Source: Nitrospirota bacterium
Lineage (GTDB): Bacteria > Nitrospirota > UBA9217
Reading direction: 5' to 3'
Assembly: GCA_963754875.1 (NCBI GenBank)
Contig: CAVWHO010000008.1
Location: 320,001 to 384,000 of the forward strand
DNA: 64,000 nt
Shown here: positions 39,190-47,426 of the stretch, one piece after another
How the letters are laid out: each line of letters begins with the position of its first letter
How positions within the stretch are numbered: the first letter of the stretch is position 1
Notes under the pieces: model-generated
Database searches by the model: none
The model's input: only the letters and a program-made list of their open reading frames with translations
What the model was told of the DNA's origin: nothing
Translations under genes and position numbers: made by a program

Positions 39190-40539
39190 CTACCGTGCCC
39201 CTCTGCCGAACAGCATGACCTTCATCGTTTCAAGCATGACAAGCATGTCGAGAAAGAGCGAAAGGTGTTTTATGTAATAGAGATCATACCGCAACTTTTC
39301 GACAGAGTCCTCTGTCGAGGCCCCGTAGGCGTATCTGATCTGGGCCCAGCCGGTCAGCCCGGGCTTCACGATATGCCGCTCCGAATAGTAGGGGATGATT
39401 TCCTTCAGCTTGCATACAAATTCCGGCCGCTCCGGCCGAGGACCGATGAAGCTCATATCTCCCCGGAGGATGTTGTAAAATTGCGGCAGCTCATCGAGCC
39501 TCGTTTTCCTCAGGAACCTGCCGATGGTTGTGACCCGGGGATCGTTCTTTTCCGCCCACACTGCGCCGGTGCTTTCTTCCGCGTCCTGACGCATGGTCCT
39601 GAATTTGTAGAGCATAAATTCCTTCTCCATCCCGCCGACCCGTTTCTGGCGGAAGAAAACGGGGCCGCGGGAACCCAGCTTGATCAGGACCGCGATGGGG
39701 GGTAAGAGGGGGATGGTGATCAGCATCCCGGCCAGCGAGCACAGAATGTCGAATATCCTTTTGAAAATCCGCTTAGTTTCGGTAATCCTGAAACCATCCG
39801 AAAAAAAGAACGAGCTGGGAGTGATATTTTCGATGAGGAGCTTTCCCGTCAATTCTTCGTAGAACGATGTGGCGTCAACCACTTCGATGCCGCTCATTTT
39901 GCATTTCAAGACAACCTGCAGCGGCAAAACGCCTCTCCGCTCGGACAGCGATATGACGAGCTTGTGCGCCTTTTGAAAGCGGATTGTCTCAAAAAGGCTG
40001 CTCCCCTTCCCCACGATGGCATACTCGGGGACGGTGACCGGTTCACCCGTCAGGTCCACGTACCCTTTGAGGACATGCTTATGATTTGTGGATTCTATAA
40101 GATCCCCAACCTTTTTTGCCAAAGGACCGGTCCCCAGTACCAGAACCCTTCGTGCGAGCTGTGAAGAATTCTGCAATGCCGAAAAGCACAGATGCCACAG
40201 AAACTGGAATGCCCATAAAAAAGCGAGAGAAATAGCAAATATACCGCGGCCGAACTTGACCGCAGGCATCATGTAATAAACAGATGTGAGCGTCATGAAA
40301 GACACTCCGATCGCGGCCAGAGATCTGAGCAGGACTTCCCGCTTTTTCATCTGTTTGTCGGGGTTATAGAGCTCAAAGAGATAGGAGAAAAACAGAGGCA
40401 CCCCGATAAATGCAGCCATATGCGGCAGATCCATTAGTGAAGCAGGATCTCCCTCTCCGAATCGCAGGAGGAAGCCTATGTAGACTCCCGCGACGGCGAG
40501 AAGCCCATCCCCTATCAGTAAAACAAAGAAACTAAGCAT
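39190..40539 (-). CDS. Priming undecaprenyl-phosphate sugar transferase (PEP-CTERM-associated type)
   Basis: KRIFDI, KFRTM, DPRVT, RLDELPQ, GPRPERP, KPGLTGWAQ; start MLSFFV at 40539 with RBS AAGGA. Confidence 0.94.
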   Translation of the reverse strand: MLSFFVLLIGDGLLAVAGVYIGFLLRFGEGDPASLMDLPHMAAFIGVPLFFSYLFELYNPDKQMKKREVLLRSLAAIGVSFMTLTSVYYMMPAVKFGRGIFAISLAFLWAFQFLWHLCFSALQNSSQLARRVLVLGTGPLAKKVGDLIESTNHKHVLKGYVDLTGEPVTVPEYAIVGKGSSLFETIRFQKAHKLVISLSERRGVLPLQVVLKCKMSGIEVVDATSFYEELTGKLLIENITPSSFFFSDGFRITETKRIFKRIFDILCSLAGMLITIPLLPPIAVLIKLGSRGPVFFRQKRVGGMEKEFMLYKFRTMRQDAEESTGAVWAEKNDPRVTTIGRFLRKTRLDELPQFYNILRGDMSFIGPRPERPEFVCKLKEIIPYYSERHIVKPGLTGWAQIRYAYGASTEDSVEKLRYDLYYIKHLSLFLDMLVMLETMKVMLFGRGAR

Positions 40540-40833
40540 GAGTGTCTGTCCTTTTGTGATGTTTTGCCTGCTGCATATTCCCCGATCCCCGCTCCTCTGC
40601 AATGCCTTCGGCTCAGAGCTGCCGGCTCCGGCTGTTGAATTTTCTGCGATCTCGTGTTTTTTGCGACTCAATGCTCTTTTCAGCATCGCCGCTTGGTCCG
40701 TACGCTTCTCTCAATGCTCCGCCCCTCCGGTTACAGACACATAACCAACAAAGGTCTCTCCGAGGCTTCGCGGACGCTTTGATGTCCCTGCACGTCGCAA
40801 GCGCCAGTGAATGGCACCGGGCAAGGATGGATG

Positions 40834-41406
40834 CTATGCCGATTCAATATCCTGAGCACAGATTTTTACCGTGATGCTCCTGCCGAGCAGTTCCACATTG
40901 ACCGAGAAAAGATAATCGTTTCCCTTCTTGCTCAGGACGCCCTCCGCATTCAGGAGAGGCCCGTTCTTTACGCGCACCCGCGTCCCTTCCTTCAAATGGG
41001 GGTAAATTTCGACGTTTTCACTGCTTCCGATCAAAAGCCTGAGCGATGCGATTTCTTCGGGATCCACGGGCGTCGGCGTGGACGACTCCAGGGAGACGAA
41101 CGCCACAACCCCCTGCGTCTTGAGCACATAAAGAAACGCGCCGGGATATGCCGGCACCTTGACAAAAACATATCCCGGGAACAAGGGATGTTCGATCATC
41201 TTTATCCGGTCTTTCCATTGGCTGCTCTTCCTGACGGACGGCAAAAAAGTCTCAATGCCCTTCCGTAGCAGTTCGTTATATACGACAAATTCATGGCGCG
41301 ACTTTACGTAGACGACATACCACGGACAAGCAGAGGCCGTAGCTTCCTGCGCCCGCATTGCCGGTTCGTATTCTGCAATCGCATTATCGAGAACCTGGTA
41401 TTCCAC
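40834..41406 (-). CDS. UpxY/LoaP-like NusG-paralog transcription antiterminator
   Basis: NGN domain WYVVYVKSRHE...QWKDRIK...PLFPGYVFV; KOW GTRVRVKNGPL; GTG start 41406 with GGAGG RBS. Confidence 0.9.
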   Translation of the reverse strand: MEYQVLDNAIAEYEPAMRAQEATASACPWYVVYVKSRHEFVVYNELLRKGIETFLPSVRKSSQWKDRIKMIEHPLFPGYVFVKVPAYPGAFLYVLKTQGVVAFVSLESSTPTPVDPEEIASLRLLIGSSENVEIYPHLKEGTRVRVKNGPLLNAEGVLSKKGNDYLFSVNVELLGRSITVKICAQDIESA

Positions 41407-41500
41407 GTTTCCATCCTCCCCGTGGTCTTCGTCCGGCTGTTTCCGGCCTGGACTTGTCCGGCCCTGGGGTCTAAAGTGCTCCACCGCCTGCAATTGCGCT

Positions 41501-42394
41501 CTATGGTTCCGGCGTGTCCAGCGCATCCATGAGGGCGGCTGGGGAGATCTTATTCTTGAGCATCGACTTTTCGGAGCCCCAGTAGAGCCTGTTAAAATCG
41601 AGGTCCTTGGCGATCTCGTTGAGCATGGTGGTATCCACGGAGGTCGTTTCCTCGATAAAGGCCGTCAACAAAACGAAATCGCAAAGGATATTCACCAATC
41701 GGGGAATCCCCCTGCAATGCCGGAAAATACTATCCATGCAGCCGTCGGAGAACGTCACCGCATTGCGGTTGCCGGCGACCTCGAGGCGGTGAAAGATATA
41801 CTCTTCGGTCTCTGCCCTCGTGAGGGGCTGGAGTCGGCAGCTGACGCTGATGCGCTGCCGCAGCTGTCTCATTTCAGGCGTTGCGAGGATATGCCGGAGT
41901 TCGGGCTGTCCGACCAGTACGATTTGCATCAATTTTGACGTATCGGTTTCCAGGTTCGACAGCATCCGGATTTCCTCAAGCAGTTCGGGTTTGAGGTTCT
42001 GCGCTTCATCTATGATCAGCACGGTATTGTATCCCCTGATGTGCTGGTCTATCAGAAAATCATTGAGCTCCTTCATCAGGATAATCTCATCCTTGCCCTT
42101 TACGTCCAAACCGAAGTCGTCATTGATCATCGCAAGCAGCTGATGGAACGTGACCTTGGTATTGAAAAGCCGCGCAAGCGTTACATTCGGATCGACCTGC
42201 TTAATGAGATCACTGACAATGGTCGTTTTCCCGGAACCAACCTCTCCGGTAAGCAAAATGAAGCCCGCCTTTTCCCTGATCCCGTAATAGAGATAATGCA
42301 TCGCCTTTTTATGGCTCTTGCTCATATAGATAAAAGCCGGGTTGGGCACGAGTTCAAAAGGCTTTACCTTCAGATTGAAAAATGCTTCGTACAT
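41501..42394 (-). CDS. ExeA-like AAA ATPase (XrtA/PEP-CTERM-associated type)
   Basis: MYEAFFNL..KPF, GEVGSGKTT, IIDEAQNL, LVGQPEL, GIPRLVN. Confidence 0.93.
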   Translation of the reverse strand: MYEAFFNLKVKPFELVPNPAFIYMSKSHKKAMHYLYYGIREKAGFILLTGEVGSGKTTIVSDLIKQVDPNVTLARLFNTKVTFHQLLAMINDDFGLDVKGKDEIILMKELNDFLIDQHIRGYNTVLIIDEAQNLKPELLEEIRMLSNLETDTSKLMQIVLVGQPELRHILATPEMRQLRQRISVSCRLQPLTRAETEEYIFHRLEVAGNRNAVTFSDGCMDSIFRHCRGIPRLVNILCDFVLLTAFIEETTSVDTTMLNEIAKDLDFNRLYWGSEKSMLKNKISPAALMDALDTPEP

Positions 42395-42515
42395 AATATC
42401 CTTGTTCTCTCCCGAGGTGGTTCTGCACGGGGCCCGCCGGACCGCCTGGTTCCGGATCCCCCTTTAATTCCAACTTCATGCCTACGGAAAGTAGGGGAAC
42501 GTCGGCAATGCGGTG

Positions 42516-42890
42516 TTACTTCCCGATTGACTGTTCGACATCTCCGTACATGGTCTGGTTCACGAGTAATCTGAACTTGTCGTAATCAAGGGGCTTTATC
42601 ATGCAGTGCGACAGCTTTTTGTCGAGATCGTCCAGCGTCAGCGATAGTTCCCTGCTCATTTGATCCAGCAGGATGATGGCGGGAATATTCCTGTTCTTCA
42701 GTTTTTTCAGGAGACCGGCGCCATAGGGGTAGCTCGTAATGACCAGTCCCAGATCATCACCGACCAGTCCCCGCTCAAACTGACGGACATCGGCGACTGT
42801 GATCGTCCGGTATCCTTCCTGTTCGAGGATCGCAGCGCAGATCCGGCAGAAGCCCGCTTCATCGGCGATTAGTATCTTTTTGTTGTTCAT
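42516..42890 (-). CDS. Stand-alone atypical receiver-domain protein
   Basis: MNNKKILIADE...GLVITSYP...MIKPLD: receiver fold pattern with Ser at the phospho-Asp position. The ORF-track extension to 43103 runs through promoter DNA. Confidence 0.75.
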   Translation of the reverse strand: MNNKKILIADEAGFCRICAAILEQEGYRTITVADVRQFERGLVGDDLGLVITSYPYGAGLLKKLKNRNIPAIILLDQMSRELSLTLDDLDKKLSHCMIKPLDYDKFRLLVNQTMYGDVEQSIGK

Positions 42891-42903
42891 AGGTATTGTA
42901 TTA

Positions 42904-42919
42904 AGCAATTTACATGCCT
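42904..42919 (-). promoter_or_regulatory. Sigma54 -24/-12 promoter of the EPS operon
   Basis: AGGCATGTAAATTGCT on the minus strand (GG-N10-GC, close to TGGCAC-N5-TTGC). Confidence 0.72.
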
Positions 42920-43021
42920 GCGAAATTTTGCCCGTTTTTATGGCTTTTGTGATGGAGAACAACGTTTTTCCAGAGTACGGTGTATCAGAAGTACACAACC
43001 TGCGTAATCTGCCGTTGTCCG

Positions 43022-43374
43022 CCCTGTATCCACAGGAAACAGTGTTCTCAACACCTTCAAAAATAAAGCTTATCAATAGGATGAATGTTTCTTTTAGAGT
43101 CAATTTTCTCCGCGTCCCCCCGTTCGGACAATGGAGTGAACTCCGAACGCCCTGTCTCCGGCTGTGCGGTACCGTCCGGCCACTGATTTTAGATGATGAA
43201 CAATTTGGTTCAAAGGCGACAACTGCAGCAGCATTATCAAGCGGTTCTACGCTTTGACCATTTTTTCGCTGAATGTCCCGCGCATTATCTTCCCCAAAAA
43301 CGGACTGACCGGGACTGCCGATGTATGAAGGTATAATTCTTGCTTATCCACTCAGTGTAAGATAAAAGGCGTAC
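43022..43374 (+). promoter_or_regulatory. Promoter module copy A upstream of the cohesin-domain gene
   Basis: TGTATCC-ACA-GGAAACA (43025-43041); IHF-like TATCAAGCGGTTC (43235-43247); GAAGGTATAATTCTTGCT (43327-43344) identical to copy B. Confidence 0.78.
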
Positions 43375-43774
43375 GCATGATTTGTCCCCGTTTCACACGG
43401 AATTGCAAAACAGGGCAAGCAAATGCTTCAGCGTATGGGCCGTTTGAGCCCGGCTATAAGTACTTCTGTATGCTCCAGTCGTTGTGGCGCACCCGTCATC
43501 GCGATCGTGATATATCCGCGATGAGCGGACAAGCGGTTCTGATATAGTCGTTATGCACAGGGTAGAGAACATTTGTAGACAATTTTATTCTTTACTTCGT
43601 AAAGACTCATCAGATTTGCCCCATCTGCTCCAGCGCAGAGTGCGACGTGCTCGCCAGCAGATCCGGGGAAATGCAATTGATTGAGGAAGCGGCATGTGCG
43701 CCACCTGTGCGTGTATCCATAAGTTTATAATTTAGAAAAGAAAGTCGAAAAGAAAAAAGCCAAGAGGTGCAAGC

Positions 43775-45103
43775 ATGAAACATGAGTCAATCAGATCTCT
43801 CTGCCGGTTCTTTGCCGCCGCGTGCATCCTTGCGATATGCCTGCCGTTGACTGCGTTCGCCATGTCAACGGTGACGATCTCATCGGACGGTACCGGGGTT
43901 TTTTTGCTTCAAGGAATGGGGATCGAGGATGCGGCAGCGCTTGAGATCAACATTCTGTACGATGCGAATACACTCGCCAATCCCCGGGTCGTTGAAGGAC
44001 CGCTCATTTCCGGAGCCATGACTGCAATCAACCAAAGCCTCCCGGGCATGGTGCGTATGGTCATTATCCGACTTTCGCCAATCAAAGGCAGCGGTGTCAT
44101 TGCGACATTGTCCTTTGATCGGAAAGGCTCGTCTCCCGGGATCATCACTTCGATGAACGTCAGGCTGGCAGACATCAAAGGGTCACCTCTTTCGGCGGCG
44201 GCTCAGGTCAGCAATTCGCCGGACGCTGCAAATAATGCTGCAGCTTCGTCGCAGGACCAAAACATGGCCACAGGAACAACGACGTCCGTATTAACAGGAA
44301 TGCCGGGGACCACGTCGAATCCGTACAGCATTCCTTCAACGATTGTCGTTGTCGGGCAGCCGTCCGGAACCGATGCAAGCAACAAAACGGCGGATACAAC
44401 CCTTACGAGGGAACTGGACAACGGACAGCCCTCCGCACCGGACAGTGCCGGTTCCGTTGTGCACGAACCTGCTGCACGGGTGCAGAAAACCGATCCTGCC
44501 GCCGCTGCAGACGACTCGAAAATTCCCAAGGTCGTCAAGAAAACGATCTACACGCAAAAAAGCGTCCTCGATCGCTTCAAGGAATATCAAGGAGAGCGGA
44601 CCATCGCTAGTCTGGTTTCCCTTTTCGAGAACGAAAGCATGATCGGCTGCCGCCAAGAGCCGCCCGTCTCGATCTCTGACGGCAAATCCATCACACGCGT
44701 TGTATTCGTGAGCACACCGGGGGCGGACCCTGCTTCCGACATAGCGGTCATGGGGGCCCGATTGATCGCCCTGAAACGAGATGCTGACAATACGAACACC
44801 TGGATCGCGGAGCTCGTGCCGGAAAAAGGCACGTTCCGGGCGAGTCTCGCCGTTTCGCAGGGCGGGCTGAAGATGATATTCCCCTTGACCGTTGCGCCGG
44901 AGATCAAGGTGGATCATATCCGTTCCAGATCATGGACGGATGCCGATTTTGCGTATTATCTCAAAAAACAACGTGCGGACCTGAACAGCGACGGCAAGCG
45001 CGATTACATCGATGATTACGTCTTTACGGCCAATTACCTTTACGCTGTCGGGAAAACACAGGGGCCAACGCAGAAACCCGTTGCCACCGTGGCCGGTCAG
45101 TAA
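43775..45103 (+). CDS. Secreted protein: N-terminal cohesin-like domain, S/T/P-rich linker, C-terminal dockerin-like Ca-loop
   Basis: Signal peptide ending AFA; AAALEINILYDANTL...GMVRMVII...IKGSGVIATLSFD; ADLNSDGKRDYIDDY. Confidence 0.75.
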   Translation: MKHESIRSLCRFFAAACILAICLPLTAFAMSTVTISSDGTGVFLLQGMGIEDAAALEINILYDANTLANPRVVEGPLISGAMTAINQSLPGMVRMVIIRLSPIKGSGVIATLSFDRKGSSPGIITSMNVRLADIKGSPLSAAAQVSNSPDAANNAAASSQDQNMATGTTTSVLTGMPGTTSNPYSIPSTIVVVGQPSGTDASNKTADTTLTRELDNGQPSAPDSAGSVVHEPAARVQKTDPAAAADDSKIPKVVKKTIYTQKSVLDRFKEYQGERTIASLVSLFENESMIGCRQEPPVSISDGKSITRVVFVSTPGADPASDIAVMGARLIALKRDADNTNTWIAELVPEKGTFRASLAVSQGGLKMIFPLTVAPEIKVDHIRSRSWTDADFAYYLKKQRADLNSDGKRDYIDDYVFTANYLYAVGKTQGPTQKPVATVAGQ

Positions 45104-45189
45104 GGTTTGCCGAGCATCGCGTCCTAAGTATTCCACGGCGGCGTGCTGTGCCGGAAAAAGATAGTCTGTTGAAAGGGAGGTCATTCACC

Positions 45190-47019
45190 ATGTGCGGCAT
45201 CGTCGGCTATATAGGGAAAAAAGGATCCGTCCAGATGATCATTGACGGTCTGAAAAGGCTGGAGTACCGGGGATACGATTCGGCAGGGATCGCAATCCGC
45301 AACGGCGGAGGGATTCAAGTTTACAAAACTGCAGGCAAACTCAAGGACCTGCAGCGGATACTCCCCGATACCGCATCCACGATACATGTGGGTCTCGGAC
45401 ATACCCGCTGGGCAACCCACGGCGGCCCGTCCTCGATAAATGCGCATCCGCACCAAGCAGAGGGCATAGCCGTCGTACACAACGGCATCATCGAAAATTA
45501 TCGGGAGCTGAGATCGCACCTCGAAAAGGAAGGTCATACGTTTCTTTCAGAGACTGACACGGAGGTTGTGCCTCACCTTATATCACAATTTCTGAAGCAG
45601 GGTTTGCCCATCAGAAAGGCGATCCGTGCGGCCGTCAAACAACTACGAGGCACCTATGCTCTGGGGATCATGAGCGACAGCAGTCCAAACGCTCTCTTTG
45701 CCGTCAGGAAAGGCAGCCCGCTTGTTCTCGGGATCGGCGGGGATGAACTTTATTTTGCCTCGGACATTCCCGCAATCCTTCCCTACACACAAGATTTTAT
45801 CTTTATTGAGGACGATCAGATCTGTACGCTTGCCGAAGGCAAAATGGAAATCCGCGATCTCGAATCAGACGCGGTGATCTCCTATCAGGGGAAAGTGGCC
45901 AAAGTCGACTGGACGCCCGACATGGCCGAAAAAGGCGGGCATGACCACTTCATGCATAAAGAGATCTATGAACAGCCTGAGGCAATCAGGGCGACCATCG
46001 GCGATCGTATCGACCATCCTCTCGGATGCCTCATGGATCTTGGCATTCACCTTAAGAGAAAGTCGGATGTGCAGAAGCTGCACATAGTCTCCTGCGGAAC
46101 GTCCTATCATGCCGCACTGGTCGGCAAGTATATAATCGAAAGCATTGCACGGATACCGGTCAATGTTGAAATCGCCTCGGAATACCGGTATCGGAACCCT
46201 ATCATAGAAAACAATACGCTCTTTGTTTCCATTACGCAGTCAGGTGAAACGGCCGATACGCTTGCGGCTCAGCGCGAAGCAAAGCGCAGGGGGGCGCGGA
46301 CACTAACCATTTGCAATGTCAAAGGAAGCACGTCGACACGGGAGGCGGACATGGTTCTGCATACCCGTTCCGGCCCTGAAATAGGCGTGGCGTCTACAAA
46401 GACTTTTTCGGCGCAGTTGGCTGCGCTGTACCTCCTTGCACTCGGCATGGGGATAAGCCGCAATAGTCTGACTCAGAAGGAAGCCGAAACCCTGAAAGCA
46501 AACTTACAGGAAATCCCCTCCTTGATGGAAAAGACATTGAAGAAAGATGCGGAGATCAGGTCGCTTGCCGGGACGCTGACTCATGCGAAGGACTTTCTCT
46601 ATCTGGCAAGGGGAATCAATTATCCCCTCGCCCTCGAAGGCGCGCTCAAATTAAAGGAAATTTCCTACATCCACGCGGAAGGATATCCTGCCGGTGAGAT
46701 GAAACACGGGCCGATCGCCCTCATTGACAAGAAACTGCCAGTTGTAGTACTGGCGCCTTCGAATGATCTCTTTGAAAAGGTCTTTTCCAATATTGAAGAG
46801 GTAAAAGCGCGAGGAGGCAGGGTCATCGCAGTAACCGATTCTCCCGAGGCTCTGAGAGGCAAGGCCGATGATGTCATCGAAGTGCCAACCGTGCATCCGC
46901 TGCTTACGCCCTTTGTCAACATCATTCCCCTGCAGCTGCTTGCATACCATGCAGGCGTGCTCAGGAATTGCGATGTCGACCAGCCGCGGAACCTGGCAAA
47001 AAGCGTGACAGTCGAGTAA
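45190..47019 (+). CDS. glmS: Glutamine--fructose-6-phosphate aminotransferase
   Basis: MCGIVG, LEYRGYDSAG, GHTRWATHG, SQ/TQSGETADT, EMKHGP, PRNLAKSVTVE; RBS GGGAGG. Confidence 0.98.
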   Translation: MCGIVGYIGKKGSVQMIIDGLKRLEYRGYDSAGIAIRNGGGIQVYKTAGKLKDLQRILPDTASTIHVGLGHTRWATHGGPSSINAHPHQAEGIAVVHNGIIENYRELRSHLEKEGHTFLSETDTEVVPHLISQFLKQGLPIRKAIRAAVKQLRGTYALGIMSDSSPNALFAVRKGSPLVLGIGGDELYFASDIPAILPYTQDFIFIEDDQICTLAEGKMEIRDLESDAVISYQGKVAKVDWTPDMAEKGGHDHFMHKEIYEQPEAIRATIGDRIDHPLGCLMDLGIHLKRKSDVQKLHIVSCGTSYHAALVGKYIIESIARIPVNVEIASEYRYRNPIIENNTLFVSITQSGETADTLAAQREAKRRGARTLTICNVKGSTSTREADMVLHTRSGPEIGVASTKTFSAQLAALYLLALGMGISRNSLTQKEAETLKANLQEIPSLMEKTLKKDAEIRSLAGTLTHAKDFLYLARGINYPLALEGALKLKEISYIHAEGYPAGEMKHGPIALIDKKLPVVVLAPSNDLFEKVFSNIEEVKARGGRVIAVTDSPEALRGKADDVIEVPTVHPLLTPFVNIIPLQLLAYHAGVLRNCDVDQPRNLAKSVTVE

Positions 47020-47041
47020 AACGGCTCCAAAGGGAGGACGC

Positions 47042-47227
47042 GTGGACGGCGTCTGGTATAAATTATGTCCTCAGTGCAGGAATTACATCAAGAAGACGGA
47101 GCCGCAAGACTCCGGCATATGCTGCACCTGCGGATGGAAAGAGTATCCTGTCATGTATTTTTGTGAGATCTTCGGCAAGTACTGTGTGTTCTATCCCTCG
47201 GACCTTAAGGACAAGCTGGCCGCGTAA
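47042..47227 (+). CDS. Small Cys-rich (zinc-ribbon-like) protein, 61 aa
   Basis: Strong RBS AAGGGAGG before GTG; CPQC...CCTCGW...C...C; fills the gap after glmS. Confidence 0.62.
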   Translation: MDGVWYKLCPQCRNYIKKTEPQDSGICCTCGWKEYPVMYFCEIFGKYCVFYPSDLKDKLAA

Positions 47228-47426
47228 GGACGGAAACCGTTATGTCAGCTTCCTCTTGATCCGGTCTTCGTACCCTCCTCGTGCCGCTGCTATTTTCTTG
47301 AGAGAGGTTCTGCAACCGTATCTGAACGACGACCAGGAAACCGGATAATAAGTAAAGGTTCGAGCGTCCAGCCTGTTCTTGTGGCTGCCTGAACGGCCTG
47401 CTCGCGCGCTGTAAATCTGATCAACC

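Noticed and set aside
42395..42515. GGCGGT within a hairpin as an RfaH ops site
   Set aside because: Only a partial match to GGCGGTAG in GC-rich sequence, so likely chance.
42891..43103. N-terminal extension of the receiver ORF in the ORF track
   Set aside because: Overlaps the sigma54 motif and the duplicated regulatory module; protein similarity starts at MNNKKILIAD.
43405..43460. ACAGGGCAAGC resembling the start of a c-di-GMP-I riboswitch
   Set aside because: Lacks the GNRA-tetraloop P2 stem and the GACGCAAAG-type core.
45104..45189. Possible glmS ribozyme upstream of glmS
   Set aside because: The gap is too short and shows no recognisable ribozyme core.
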